Origin: a virus
IMG/VR virus record: IMGVR_UViG_3300032235_000437
Location: 16,447 to 80,446 of that record
DNA length: 64,000 nucleotides
Reading direction: 5' to 3' (one strand)
Shown here: in pieces, positions 1 to 9,825 of the stretch
Layout of the letters: every line of letters begins with the position of its first letter
Position numbering within the stretch: position 1 is the stretch's first letter
Translations under genes and position numbers: made by a program
Notes under the pieces: model-generated
What the model saw: the letters and a program-made list of their open reading frames with translations, nothing else
The model's database searches: none
What the model was told of the DNA's origin: nothing

Positions 1-528
1 TTTATCATCCTGAATGGTGATAAACCTTTTGTTATTGGTAGTGACGGTTCTTATGAATTTGAGTATCCATCAGATTCTAGCTTTGTTTTAGGCACTAGAA
101 ATAAACGCTGGAGAAAACTGTTTATAGATCATTTTAAGCAGCATTATCCACTAAGCTCTACATACTTTCCCACCTTTTGCGCAAACGACGCTCACATATC
201 TAAAATGTCTATATTAGGTATAGGTAATGTGTTTTGCTCTTTTAGCATGACTAATGCTAATGCAGAAGTAGGTGACTTTAATTGTTTTAATGTGTACTCT
301 ACAGTTAGTCATGACTGTGTAGTACAAGATAATAATATAATCAATCCTTATGCCGGTATTATGGGCAGTTGTACCGTAGGAAGCCATAACTTTTTAGGCA
401 CACATTCTACTATAACTCCTAAACTAACTATAGGAAACGATAATACTATAAGCGCAGGCGAGTGCTTATTTGACAACCTAACTGATAGACAGTTTTTTCA
501 ATCCGGCGTAGTATATAATAAACCATGA
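1..528 (+). CDS. NeuD/PglD-like sugar O/N-acetyltransferase (hexapeptide repeat), 5'-truncated by window edge
   Basis: Frame of ORF 205..528 is open from base 1 (FIILNGDKPF...SFVLGTRNKRWRK...). Left-handed beta-helix hexapeptide repeats with the VSHDC motif typical of NeuD/PglD. Confidence 0.8.
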   Translation, partial: FIILNGDKPFVIGSDGSYEFEYPSDSSFVLGTRNKRWRKLFIDHFKQHYPLSSTYFPTFCANDAHISKMSILGIGNVFCSFSMTNANAEVGDFNCFNVYSTVSHDCVVQDNNIINPYAGIMGSCTVGSHNFLGTHSTITPKLTIGNDNTISAGECLFDNLTDRQFFQSGVVYNKP

Positions 529-1232
529 TCATTTATTTCAGAGTTTGCGAAAAGCAACAAACTATATCTAATGTTACAAGATTTCAGCATATAAAGAAAA
601 CAGAGATGATCCGTCGCTGTTGGAAATCTCTTCAAACTAGCGTAACAAAAGAAGATATTATATTCATTATTCACGACGCTGTTAGTGAAGACACTTTAGA
701 GTGGTTAAAAAGCACGGCTAATACAGACAACGTAAACCTAGTAGCTGTAGAGCCACATGAGTGGAGCTACCATCTGCACACAGTAACGCTAATTAATACT
801 TTAGAAGAGCAGTGTGCCAAATATCCAAATGAACTACACTACATACTAGAGGATGATTACCTTCACGTACCAAATGCTTTATCTGTGATTAAAAATACTC
901 TAGGAAACTGGAATCATTTTGCTGTAAGTTACGATTATCCAGATAGGTATACGCTAAACCCAGAACCGTGCATGGTTATACTTGGATATGACAGGCATTG
1001 GCGCACAGTTAATAGTTCGACTATGACTATATTAGCTAAAGGCTCTACTTGGTTAAAATGGGTGCCTGAGTTAAAACAAGCTGCCCCTACTAGTAACGAT
1101 CAAGTCTTTGTAAATATATTTACAAAAGAACCATGCGTAAGCCCGCTACCAGGACTATCTAGTCATATGACAGATTACCACCTAACACCTTTAGTATCCT
1201 GGGATGATATATGGAATAATCAAGATGACTAA
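525..1232 (+). CDS. Putative glycosyltransferase (GT-A/GT2-like)
   Basis: IIHD..S beta-strand and YILEDDYLH DXD-type motif; sits inside a sugar-enzyme cluster. Confidence 0.7.
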   Translation: MIIYFRVCEKQQTISNVTRFQHIKKTEMIRRCWKSLQTSVTKEDIIFIIHDAVSEDTLEWLKSTANTDNVNLVAVEPHEWSYHLHTVTLINTLEEQCAKYPNELHYILEDDYLHVPNALSVIKNTLGNWNHFAVSYDYPDRYTLNPEPCMVILGYDRHWRTVNSSTMTILAKGSTWLKWVPELKQAAPTSNDQVFVNIFTKEPCVSPLPGLSSHMTDYHLTPLVSWDDIWNNQDD

Positions 1233-2262
1233 TACTGTATTAATTACTGGTAGTGCCGGTCTTATAGGCAGCCACCTAGCTCATAGATTTATTTACATGG
1301 GCTATAAGGTCGTAGGCATTGATAATCTAATAGGCGGATACGAAAGTAATATGCCTAAAGCCAATCCTAACTTCTATTACTTTAAGGTCGATATACTTGA
1401 TAATAAAGCAGTTAAGGAAGTATTTGATCACTATAATCCTGATATAGTAATACACTGTGCTGCCCTTGCTCACGAAGGTTTAAGCGTTTTCTCTCCTAAA
1501 ACTATAGTAGAGAATATATATGCAGGTACTGTTTCTGTAGCAAGCGCTGCTATCGCTACAGGTACTAAGTTATTTATAAATACTAGCTCAATGGCTAGAT
1601 ATGGTAATGCTCCTGCACCTTTCAAAGAAGATACTATACCTAATCCTATCGATCCTTATGGTATGGCTAAATTACATGCAGAGCAACAGCTGAACCTACT
1701 TAGTGAAATTCATGGTATGAAGGTCTTTCATGTCGTACCGCATAATGTTTGTGGCCCGCACCAGTGTTATTCAGACCCTTTTAGAAATGTAATGAGTATA
1801 TTTGCTAACAGAATACTGCATGAAAAACCTGTTTATATTTATGGTGACGGTGAACAACAACGTAGCTTTTCTCACGTAGACGATTGTGTAAGAGCTTATG
1901 TAACCTTAGTAGAAAATCACGATAGTGTAGATAATACGAGCGTATTTAATATAGGACCGGACGACGGCTCGGAAATATCTATAAAAGAACTAGCACAGGT
2001 AGTATCTAAGTATTTTAATGCACAAGCAGACATAATAAACATACCTAGCAGACCTCGCGAAGTACAAAACGCTTGGGTTAGTACTGAAAAAGCTAGACAA
2101 CAACTAAACTATGTTACTTATAATACTACAGAAGACACTGTAAGAGATACTGTACTATGGATTAAGAATAGTGCTCGTAGAGATTTTAACTATCATCTAG
2201 ATTTAGAAATTATAAATGAGTCTACTCCTAAGACGTGGACAGATAAACTATTTAATAAGTAA
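1225..2262 (+). CDS. NAD-dependent nucleotide-sugar epimerase/dehydratase (extended SDR)
   Basis: TGSAGLIG Rossmann motif, HCAA, TSS, YGMAK (YxxxK), IYGDGEQQRSF. Start moved to ATG 1225 (MTNTVLITG). Confidence 0.92.
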   Translation: MTNTVLITGSAGLIGSHLAHRFIYMGYKVVGIDNLIGGYESNMPKANPNFYYFKVDILDNKAVKEVFDHYNPDIVIHCAALAHEGLSVFSPKTIVENIYAGTVSVASAAIATGTKLFINTSSMARYGNAPAPFKEDTIPNPIDPYGMAKLHAEQQLNLLSEIHGMKVFHVVPHNVCGPHQCYSDPFRNVMSIFANRILHEKPVYIYGDGEQQRSFSHVDDCVRAYVTLVENHDSVDNTSVFNIGPDDGSEISIKELAQVVSKYFNAQADIINIPSRPREVQNAWVSTEKARQQLNYVTYNTTEDTVRDTVLWIKNSARRDFNYHLDLEIINESTPKTWTDKLFNK

Positions 2263-2267
2263 GTGCA

Positions 2268-3008
2268 ATGGTAAAAATAATTACTCCATATGTAAATGAA
2301 TCAGAAATCCAAAAACATAAGCAAATGTTCTGGGAGTATGATATATACTATGAACGCGATGAGGCTGGTATCGGCTCAGACCTAATGTTTGAACGTATGT
2401 GGAATAAGTTTCCTGATGAGGATATTTTTATTCTACACGCAGACATGACTGAGTACAGCGATGGCTGGCTAGAAGAAGTTTTAGCTTATGTAAATAAGTA
2501 TCCAGAAGCAGGTATGTTTGGTTGCCTATTACTATACCCTGCAAAAGACAGCTCAGATAAATACTATGTTCAGTCTGCGGGTGGTAGATTTGTAAATGAG
2601 CAGCCAGATCACTATGGTAGTGGTTTAATACTAGAAAACGGTTCTAAGTTTAAACAAGAACTTGAAACTGATGTTGGACAGTACAATAACGTAAGAGAAG
2701 TAGCTTGGACTACTTTTGGTGGTTGTTATCTAAGAAGAAGCTTTATTAATGCTGTTGGTGGTTTTTCACCAGACTATGAGTGGACTTATAATAGAGACGT
2801 AGATTTTTGCTTAAAAGCAAGAGAACAAGGTGAAAAAATCTATCAAATACCTGTTAGACTATTTCACCACGAATCTAGAGATAATAAATTAATAAAAGCC
2901 TACAACCCTAGCAAACTTCAGATGGAACTAAGAAATTTGCTTAGACTTAAAACCAAGTGGGCAAATACTGACTTCTATAAAACTCTGGACAAAATAATTG
3001 ACAACTAG
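2268..3008 (+). CDS. Glycosyltransferase family 2-like
   Basis: ILHAD, WL, GCLLLYP, VGGF, RDVDFCLKA, HHES motifs characteristic of GT2 rhamnosyl/hexosyl transferases. Confidence 0.85.
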   Translation: MVKIITPYVNESEIQKHKQMFWEYDIYYERDEAGIGSDLMFERMWNKFPDEDIFILHADMTEYSDGWLEEVLAYVNKYPEAGMFGCLLLYPAKDSSDKYYVQSAGGRFVNEQPDHYGSGLILENGSKFKQELETDVGQYNNVREVAWTTFGGCYLRRSFINAVGGFSPDYEWTYNRDVDFCLKAREQGEKIYQIPVRLFHHESRDNKLIKAYNPSKLQMELRNLLRLKTKWANTDFYKTLDKIIDN

Positions 3009-3243
3009 TAAAATATATATTACTAAACAACGATTAGAACAATTGATAGCTCAAACAATGACAGAGCATGATCAGTATCCTAAACCGATATTCTCAATTC
3101 TAGTAGCATTACTTACTATTATAATATTAGCTACTGCAGCAGTGCTAGTAGTACTAGTATTAATAGCAGCATTACTATATTTACTTGTTAGTTGGATTGA
3201 TGTTATAATCGGTAAACATATAATTAAAAGGATTTTTAAATGA
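2998..3243 (+). CDS. Small membrane protein
   Basis: About 40-residue hydrophobic stretch and basic C-terminus; overlaps both neighbours. Confidence 0.6.
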   Translation: MTTSKIYITKQRLEQLIAQTMTEHDQYPKPIFSILVALLTIIILATAAVLVVLVLIAALLYLLVSWIDVIIGKHIIKRIFK

Positions 3244-3962
3244 CCACAAAACTAACAGAAGCATTTATATCTGCAGCTCTAGAGCTAGCAGATAATGGCT
3301 TATCTAAAATCAGTGAAAGAGAGCGTGAGCTATTTGGATTAAGCTCTACAAGACTTCGTTCACTACTTAACAACTTATGTTCTAAAGAAAATACAAATTA
3401 TCTAGAGCTTGGTGTATATAAAGGCGCTACTATAATCAGCGCATTATATGGTAATCCTACGCTAAAAGCCGTTGGAGTAGACAACTATAAGTATGATGAG
3501 CGCGAGCCTAAGAAATGGGCAGCTGAAGGAACAATCTGGGAAAATATTAAAAGCCAGCTACACTCTAACATATCTCGATATCAAGACCCAGATATGGAAG
3601 TAAACGTAAATAATCTAACAATTATTGAGAATAACTTTCAAGACGTAGACTGGACTAAGCAAAGCAAGTTCGATTTATGTTTCTTTGACATTTCACCTGC
3701 TAAAGAAGCCGACTACGAAGCGTTTTTCACTAAAGTAATACCAGCTATGAAAACAGAGTCAGTATTAGTTTTTAGTAACTATTCTAATGATCAAAATGCT
3801 AATGATCTACAAAAAGCATTAGAAAAGTATAAGTCGCTATTTGAAGTTCAATGGAAAAAGCAAAGAATTTCTAGCGGACTAAGCGATGCTACTCAGTATT
3901 TCTCAGGTATTCTAATTGTAGGAATTAAGCGTAATCTATCAAAAACAACAGAGAGTAAGTAA
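3240..3962 (+). CDS. Class I SAM-dependent methyltransferase (Methyltransf_24-like)
   Basis: YLELGVYKGAT motif I, VGVD, FDLCFFD. Confidence 0.75.
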   Translation: MTTKLTEAFISAALELADNGLSKISERERELFGLSSTRLRSLLNNLCSKENTNYLELGVYKGATIISALYGNPTLKAVGVDNYKYDEREPKKWAAEGTIWENIKSQLHSNISRYQDPDMEVNVNNLTIIENNFQDVDWTKQSKFDLCFFDISPAKEADYEAFFTKVIPAMKTESVLVFSNYSNDQNANDLQKALEKYKSLFEVQWKKQRISSGLSDATQYFSGILIVGIKRNLSKTTESK

Positions 3963-3964
3963 TA

Positions 3965-4795
3965 ATGATTAAAAAAAGCGTAATTAGCTTAATTAGTTAT
4001 GACGCAGCTTATCTGCCTAAAAGTATAGAAAAATACTATGATTATGTAGACGAAATCGTACTAGGTTTAGATAAAGACAGACTTTCGTGGAGTGGTAATA
4101 AGTTCTCTTTTGATGAAGGTAAACTTTGGGCTGACCTTGGAAAGATTGATGGCGATAATAAGATTTCTATTATCGAAGAAGATTTTCACAAGTCATCTGT
4201 AGCGATAGAAAACGATAACTACGAAAGAAACTTTCTAAAAAATCATTGTACTAATGAATGGATTGTTAGTATTGATGCAGACGAAATGTTTTTGAATGCT
4301 AAACAATTCTTTTATGACTATTGTCCTATTGTAGAAGCCTATCGTAAAACCAGAGATATTTGTTTTAACTGGGCACTACCATATAAACTAATTGATGATA
4401 CTCTATTGGTTATAGTTAACGAAGATAATTCTCCTTTCTTATCTGAAAATCAAGGCTTCATGACGCATGTGAATAATACTTTTACTTATGCAAGATGGAG
4501 TAATATCAGTGCTCACGGACCTAACAGGCTAATGTCTCCAGCAATCATGTTGCATTGGAGTATTTGTAGAAACAAAGACGATCTATATAAGAAAATTACT
4601 AATATCGGACACTCTGATATAGTAAAAACAGATCCTTTCTATAATATCTGGAATCAAGTAACTCTAGATAATTATCACACAATGAGAAACTTTAAAACAT
4701 CAGGGCTAGGAGCAATTCAGTGGCCTAAGCTACATGCTATTAAACTAGCAGATGTAGAAAACTTTTATCTACAAGGACTAGGACAAGTATACTAA
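3965..4795 (+). CDS. Putative glycosyltransferase (GT2-like)
   Basis: VDEIV, ERNFL..C..EWIVSIDADE (DXD) signature. Confidence 0.8.
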   Translation: MIKKSVISLISYDAAYLPKSIEKYYDYVDEIVLGLDKDRLSWSGNKFSFDEGKLWADLGKIDGDNKISIIEEDFHKSSVAIENDNYERNFLKNHCTNEWIVSIDADEMFLNAKQFFYDYCPIVEAYRKTRDICFNWALPYKLIDDTLLVIVNEDNSPFLSENQGFMTHVNNTFTYARWSNISAHGPNRLMSPAIMLHWSICRNKDDLYKKITNIGHSDIVKTDPFYNIWNQVTLDNYHTMRNFKTSGLGAIQWPKLHAIKLADVENFYLQGLGQVY

Positions 4796-5961
4796 TGAAA
4801 TTAGAATTTTTAGGAAAATTTTACGATAACCACTCTTTGAGTATTGTTAATCGTAATATAGTATTAGAGCTTTATAAAAAGAATATTAAGGTAAAAATAA
4901 TTGCTTTAGATTCTTATGATCCTGCTAATAATGTAGATAAGTCTCAAGTAAAGATACTTAAAGAGTTAGAAGCTATAGAACAGGCTGAAGCAGATATTCA
5001 GGTTAGACATAGCTACCCACCTGTATGGAAATGGCCAGTAAGCGCAGATACTAAGGTAGTGTATATTCAACCGTGGGAGTTTTCAAAAGCGCCTTTTGAG
5101 TGGCAGTATAAGTTTGAACAGTTTGCAGATGCGTTAATAGTACCTAGTAACTTTTGTAAACAAGTATTTGAGATGGGCGGTCTTAATCCAGATAACTTAT
5201 TTGTAGTTCCTAATGGGTATAATGAGTCTACTTTTAATACTGAAGAAGCAGAAGTTGATGTTGCTAAGTTTGGTATTGATAAAACAAAATTCAACTTTGT
5301 TTATGTAGGCAATGCTCAATGGAGAAAAGGTCTAGACTTACTACTTAATGCTTGGTCAAACATATTTGCTAAAGCAGATAACGCGCGATTGATCATTAAA
5401 GATAGTCCTGCTATCTACGGCGATACTAACATATTGAATGAAATCGTTAAGATGCAGTACAAAACACAATGTGCAGATGTAGTATATCTTGATCAGAATT
5501 TAAGTGAAAAAGATATGGCTGCTATCTATAAAGCTAGTAAGGTAATTGTACATCCTTATAGAGCCGAAGGTTTTGGTATGCACGTACAAGAAGCAATTGC
5601 TTGCGGTTGTTTCCCTATTGTATCTGGCAACGGACCTACAGACGATTTTATTCCTGACAATACAGGTATAAAACTACAAGTACATAAAAAACCAATTAAT
5701 ATACAAGATCCTTCTATATTTGCTCTTAAGCCAGGTGATGCTGCTACTCTTATGAGTACTCATACTTTTGCTAACGAGCCTTCTATAGAACATCTTAAAA
5801 AAGCAATGAGTGTCGTATATCATTCACATGATAAAGAAGCTATTCTTAGTAAAACAAAAAACAATAATAATCTAAATACTTGGGAGTCTGTCGCTACTTA
5901 CTATGTTAACGCCCTAACTAAAGTAGCAAGCAGACAAGCTAGACCACAAAGATACTTATAA
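4795..5961 (+). CDS. GT-B glycosyltransferase family 4
   Basis: VPS, VVPNG, RKGLDLLL and EGFGMHVQEAIACG (ExFG..xE) motifs. Confidence 0.92.
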   Translation: MKLEFLGKFYDNHSLSIVNRNIVLELYKKNIKVKIIALDSYDPANNVDKSQVKILKELEAIEQAEADIQVRHSYPPVWKWPVSADTKVVYIQPWEFSKAPFEWQYKFEQFADALIVPSNFCKQVFEMGGLNPDNLFVVPNGYNESTFNTEEAEVDVAKFGIDKTKFNFVYVGNAQWRKGLDLLLNAWSNIFAKADNARLIIKDSPAIYGDTNILNEIVKMQYKTQCADVVYLDQNLSEKDMAAIYKASKVIVHPYRAEGFGMHVQEAIACGCFPIVSGNGPTDDFIPDNTGIKLQVHKKPINIQDPSIFALKPGDAATLMSTHTFANEPSIEHLKKAMSVVYHSHDKEAILSKTKNNNNLNTWESVATYYVNALTKVASRQARPQRYL

Positions 5962-6231
5962 ATGAGTTCTAACTATGACTTTGGTACTGCGTTCCATAAA
6001 AATAATGGAAACGCAGTAAAAGTTACTATAAATGAGTTCAGAGACATACTATACTTACACATAAGAGAGTATGCTATGGATGGAGATACTGGGCAGTGGT
6101 ATCCAACAAAAACGGGATTTTCGTTTCAAGCAGATGAGGTAGGTTCTTTAATACCTCTTCTGATTGAGGCAGAAGCTGTAGTAGCACAAAATTATATATA
6201 TTCTACACAGCTAGAATTAGAACTGGAGTAA
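5962..6231 (+). CDS. PC4-like ssDNA-binding protein / transcription co-activator
   Basis: VTINEFRDILYLHIREY...WYPTKTGF matches the PC4 family pattern; T5 encodes a homologue in its replication region. Confidence 0.85.
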   Translation: MSSNYDFGTAFHKNNGNAVKVTINEFRDILYLHIREYAMDGDTGQWYPTKTGFSFQADEVGSLIPLLIEAEAVVAQNYIYSTQLELELE

Positions 6232-6233
6232 CA

Positions 6234-6554
6234 ATGAGTATTAAAACGTGGAGTAATGACCAAGAAGAAGAATTGATTAGATTATATACTAAGGAAGAAA
6301 TTAAAGACGTACATGAACTAGCTACGCATTTCTCTAAAGGTTATAGAAGTGTAATCAGTAAGTTGGTGCAACTCAAGGTTTACGAAAAACCGCAATTAGA
6401 CGAAGACAATAAGACACAAACTGTAAAAACTATGTTAAGAGACTTAGAAGATATGTTAGACATAGAAATCGACGGAACTAATTTAAATAAGAAAGAAAAC
6501 TTAGTTAAGTTAGTTGACGCATTAAAAATCAAACTAAATAATATAGCAGCATGA
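6234..6554 (+). CDS. T5 D3-like DNA-binding (HTH) protein
   Basis: WS....LI..Y and RSVISKL...KVYEK resemble T5 D3 as recalled; replication-region context. Confidence 0.5.
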   Translation: MSIKTWSNDQEEELIRLYTKEEIKDVHELATHFSKGYRSVISKLVQLKVYEKPQLDEDNKTQTVKTMLRDLEDMLDIEIDGTNLNKKENLVKLVDALKIKLNNIAA

Positions 6555-7117
6555 ATCAACAATCACATCACGACTTTATAACTGAATCATACGCAAAACT
6601 AAGCAAAAAACCTAAACTACTAGTAATAGGTCATGCTAGACACGGCAAGGATACTCTGTGCGAGATTTTAAGAGATAAATACGGTTTCAGCTTCGAGAGC
6701 AGCAGTAAATTCTGCTCCAAGCACTTTATCTTTAATAAGTTAAAAGATAAATACGGATACAGCTCAGAAGAAGAATGCTATGCTGATAGGCACAACCACA
6801 GAGCTGAGTGGTATAATGAAATATGTGCTTATAACGTACCAGACGCAGGAAAATTGGGCTGGGAGATATTTCAAGAACATGATATTTATTGTGGTCTAAG
6901 AAATAGAAAAGAATTTCATGCAATGAGAAATCAACTAATATTTGACTTCGCTATTTGGGTAGATAGATCAGAACATTTACCTTTAGAATCGTCAGATAGC
7001 ATGAGCCTACAAGAATGGATGGCTGATTTTACTGTAGACAATAATGGATCACTTGAAGACTTAGAGTTTAATCTAGCACAGCTTATGAATACTCTAGGAA
7101 AATGCACCGCTTGGTAA
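6551..7117 (+). CDS. Deoxynucleoside monophosphate kinase-like P-loop protein
   Basis: GHARHGKDT Walker A, GLR..E, D..VDNNGSLEDL tail typical of phage dNMP kinases. Confidence 0.75.
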   Translation: MNQQSHHDFITESYAKLSKKPKLLVIGHARHGKDTLCEILRDKYGFSFESSSKFCSKHFIFNKLKDKYGYSSEEECYADRHNHRAEWYNEICAYNVPDAGKLGWEIFQEHDIYCGLRNRKEFHAMRNQLIFDFAIWVDRSEHLPLESSDSMSLQEWMADFTVDNNGSLEDLEFNLAQLMNTLGKCTAW

Positions 7118-7138
7118 GTGTTAAAGCAACTTTTAGCT

Positions 7139-7166
7139 TTGTTATAGCTTATCTCTGTGTTATATT
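7139..7166 (+). promoter_or_regulatory. Sigma70-type promoter upstream of ligase
   Basis: TTGTTA-16-TATATT with extended TGn, in the intergenic gap. Confidence 0.5.
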
Positions 7167-7194
7167 TAATCTAAGCTAATTAGGAACAGCGATA

Positions 7195-8931
7195 ATGAAT
7201 TACGAAGAACTAAAAAATCTAGTGAAACATCACTGTGTATTATACTATGATTACTCTGCGCCTGAAATCTCAGACGCGGAGTTTGATAAGCTATATGACG
7301 ATCTAGAAGCTGTAGAAAAAGCCCAAGGATGGGTAGCATATGATTCTCCTACAGTAAAAGTAGGCGGAGTAGCTGGTAAGGTAGAACATCCTTATAAGCT
7401 ATACTCCCTACGTAAAGTATATGATATTGAAGAAGTAGATGATTTCTTTGATGTAAAAACTCCTAAAATTGACGGTGCCAATCTTACTCTTGTATACAAG
7501 CGTGGAAGGCTAGTTCTTGCTCTCACTAGAGGTAACGGTGAGTATGGTGATAACGTAGCCCATTTGGCTGCCGGTATTACTAACATCACTAAAACTATTA
7601 CTACAGACTATGATCTAGTAGTTATTAACGGTGAGTGTGTAACAGATAATACTGTAGAGAACTTTCGCAACTATGTAAGCGGTGCTCTTGGTCTAAAATC
7701 ACTAGAAGAATTTAAATCTAGAGATATTAAGTTTATTGCTCACGATATGCTTGGTGTTAATATGAATTACACTAATCGTATTGCAGTACTACAAAATATG
7801 GGTTTTACCACAGTACTAGATAAAAATATTGATAGATATCCTACAGACGGCGTAGTATATAGAATCAATGACTATAAACGGTCAATGCAGCTAGGCTATA
7901 CATCAAAATACCCCAAGTTTGCAGTAGCTCTAAAACCTCGCGGGGTAAATACTGTTACTACTACTTTGCAAGCTGTAGAGTGGGCAATCGGTCGTACTGG
8001 TACTGTAAACCCGACTGGTGTAATCACGCCAGTTACTATTGATGATGCTGTAATCTCAAGGGTAACTCTACATAACCTAGGTATTATCGAAGACCATAAT
8101 CTTGGAATTGGTGATACTATTGAAATCGAAAGAGCTGGCGGGGTAATCCCAAAGTTTATTCGAGTTGTAGAACATGCAGCACATGGTATTAAAATTGATA
8201 AGTCACATGCAGAAAAAGCTGTAAATACTCTTACTTACCGTGACGGTCCAAGGCTGCTAGTAAAAGATAAGTCACAAGCAAACAATGTTAAAGCACTAGA
8301 GTATTTTATCAAAACTCTAGAAATTAAAGGTCTAGGGCCAGCTAATATTGAAAAGATGGGTCTAACACACCCAAGTGAGCTATTTGAGGCCAATGATTGG
8401 TCAATCCTAGGAGTTAACGGTTCTAAGATTGAGAGTGAGCTTGAGAGAGCCAAAACTAAGCCGTATGAGCTAGTATTAGCTGCTCTAGGTATTCCAGGAG
8501 TAGGTAAATCAGTAGCTAAACTGATTGTAACAGCCATCCCAAAGTTTGAGCATCTAGAAGAAGTTCAATATAAAGATATTAGAGGAATCGGTCCAGCTAC
8601 TATTACATCTATTGTAGAGTGGTTGGAAGATAACAAAGAGTGGGTAGAACAGCTTCCACTTCAGCTTGAGCAAAATGTTCAAGTAACTGCTGTACTAAAG
8701 CAAAGTAAGAAAGTTTGTGTAACTGGTAAGCTTGATATGACCAGAACACAGATTACTGAGACTTTGGAAAAACACGGATTTACTGTTGCAAGTTCCGTAA
8801 CTAAAGACTGTTATGCCTTAATTTCTGCTGGAGATACTAGCTCGTCTAAGTATGTAAAAGCTAGAGAAATGGGCATATTGATCATAGACTACTGGGCAAG
8901 CAAAAAAGATGTATTGAGCGGTAATTTTTAA
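7195..8931 (+). CDS. ligA: NAD-dependent DNA ligase
   Basis: YY...PEISDAEFD, KIDG adenylation motif, TRGNG, DGVV, GRTG, TLHN, HhH GLG repeats and C-terminal BRCT (VCVTG..TR, SSVTK, SSKY..A). Confidence 0.97.
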   Translation: MNYEELKNLVKHHCVLYYDYSAPEISDAEFDKLYDDLEAVEKAQGWVAYDSPTVKVGGVAGKVEHPYKLYSLRKVYDIEEVDDFFDVKTPKIDGANLTLVYKRGRLVLALTRGNGEYGDNVAHLAAGITNITKTITTDYDLVVINGECVTDNTVENFRNYVSGALGLKSLEEFKSRDIKFIAHDMLGVNMNYTNRIAVLQNMGFTTVLDKNIDRYPTDGVVYRINDYKRSMQLGYTSKYPKFAVALKPRGVNTVTTTLQAVEWAIGRTGTVNPTGVITPVTIDDAVISRVTLHNLGIIEDHNLGIGDTIEIERAGGVIPKFIRVVEHAAHGIKIDKSHAEKAVNTLTYRDGPRLLVKDKSQANNVKALEYFIKTLEIKGLGPANIEKMGLTHPSELFEANDWSILGVNGSKIESELERAKTKPYELVLAALGIPGVGKSVAKLIVTAIPKFEHLEEVQYKDIRGIGPATITSIVEWLEDNKEWVEQLPLQLEQNVQVTAVLKQSKKVCVTGKLDMTRTQITETLEKHGFTVASSVTKDCYALISAGDTSSSKYVKAREMGILIIDYWASKKDVLSGNF

Positions 8932-8975
8932 AAGATTTAAAAGCCACCAACAAACCAAAATACGTCAAATTCTAG

Positions 8976-9034
8976 TTGCCTGTGATTAAAGTTTTATTTA
9001 TATTATAAACATAGACAAGAGAGAGTTCTCTTGT
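8976..9034 (+). promoter_or_regulatory. Sigma70-type promoter for D5 with 5' leader hairpin
   Basis: TTGCCT(8976)-17-TATATT(8999); perfect 8-bp hairpin ACAAGAGA/TCTCTTGT at 9015-9034 near the predicted start site. Confidence 0.7.
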
Positions 9035-9078
9035 AAATCTAAATTAAACAACCCCCTGAGCGAAAGGATCATTAATAC

Positions 9079-9771
9079 ATGTCAAAATTTGAATACACCG
9101 AAGAAATGGTTGCTCGTATGCACGACGTTGCAAAGAGCGAAATCACTGAAGAATCCATTGAAGCACTTATGACTGAGTTCGACTTCCCACGTCGTTCCGT
9201 AACTGCCAAGCTACGTAAGCTAGGCTATGACGTTCCAAAGAAGCCCGGCGCTGCGCCAATCTTCTCTGCTGACGAGACTTCAGCTCTAGGTGAGTACCTA
9301 AACGACAACTCCGGCGAGTTTACTGCCGAAGAGATCGCTGCACATTTCTCTGATGCTTGGGGCCGTGAAGTCACTGCTCGCCAAATCAATGGTAAGGCTC
9401 TATCAATGGAGCTAACTGGAAGCATCAAGCCTGCTGAAAAGAAAGCTGCTCCACGCACTTACTCTGACGCAGAAGAGGGAACCATTGCTGATCTAGTAGA
9501 AGCTGGTAAGTTCCTAGAAGATATTGCAGAGGCTGTTGGCCGTCCTGTAAACTCCATTCGTGGTAAGCTTCTTTCAATGGGCCTAAAGGCTCCTCAGCGT
9601 GACAAGAAGGCTACTAAGTCTGACCCATACGAGGGTATCGAAGACATGCTAGACAAGTCAGTTGAAGAAATTGCAACTGCTTTCGACAAGACAGCTCGCG
9701 GTGTTAAAACTGTGCTAACTCGTCGTGGTCTAAGCTGTGCCGACTACACTCCAAAGGCTGCTGCTGAGTAA
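9079..9771 (+). CDS. D5: T5 D5-like DNA-binding transcriptional regulator (tandem HTH repeats)
   Basis: RSVTAKLRKLGY, QINGKALSMELT.S.KP, IRGKLLS, RGVK..L.RRGL...DY follow T5 D5 along the whole length; strongly biased codons. Confidence 0.9.
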   Translation: MSKFEYTEEMVARMHDVAKSEITEESIEALMTEFDFPRRSVTAKLRKLGYDVPKKPGAAPIFSADETSALGEYLNDNSGEFTAEEIAAHFSDAWGREVTARQINGKALSMELTGSIKPAEKKAAPRTYSDAEEGTIADLVEAGKFLEDIAEAVGRPVNSIRGKLLSMGLKAPQRDKKATKSDPYEGIEDMLDKSVEEIATAFDKTARGVKTVLTRRGLSCADYTPKAAAE

Positions 9772-9796
9772 TTAGCAGTTAGCATAGACTAACTCG

Positions 9797-9824
9797 AAGG
9801 ACGGTGGCAACACCGTCCTTTTTT
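9797..9824 (+). terminator. Rho-independent terminator
   Basis: AAGGACGGTG-GCAA-CACCGTCCTT followed by T run. Confidence 0.92.
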
Positions 9825-9825
9825 A

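Noticed and set aside
2998-3243. Holin
   Set aside because: Hydrophobic, but in an early glycosylation operon with no adjacent endolysin.
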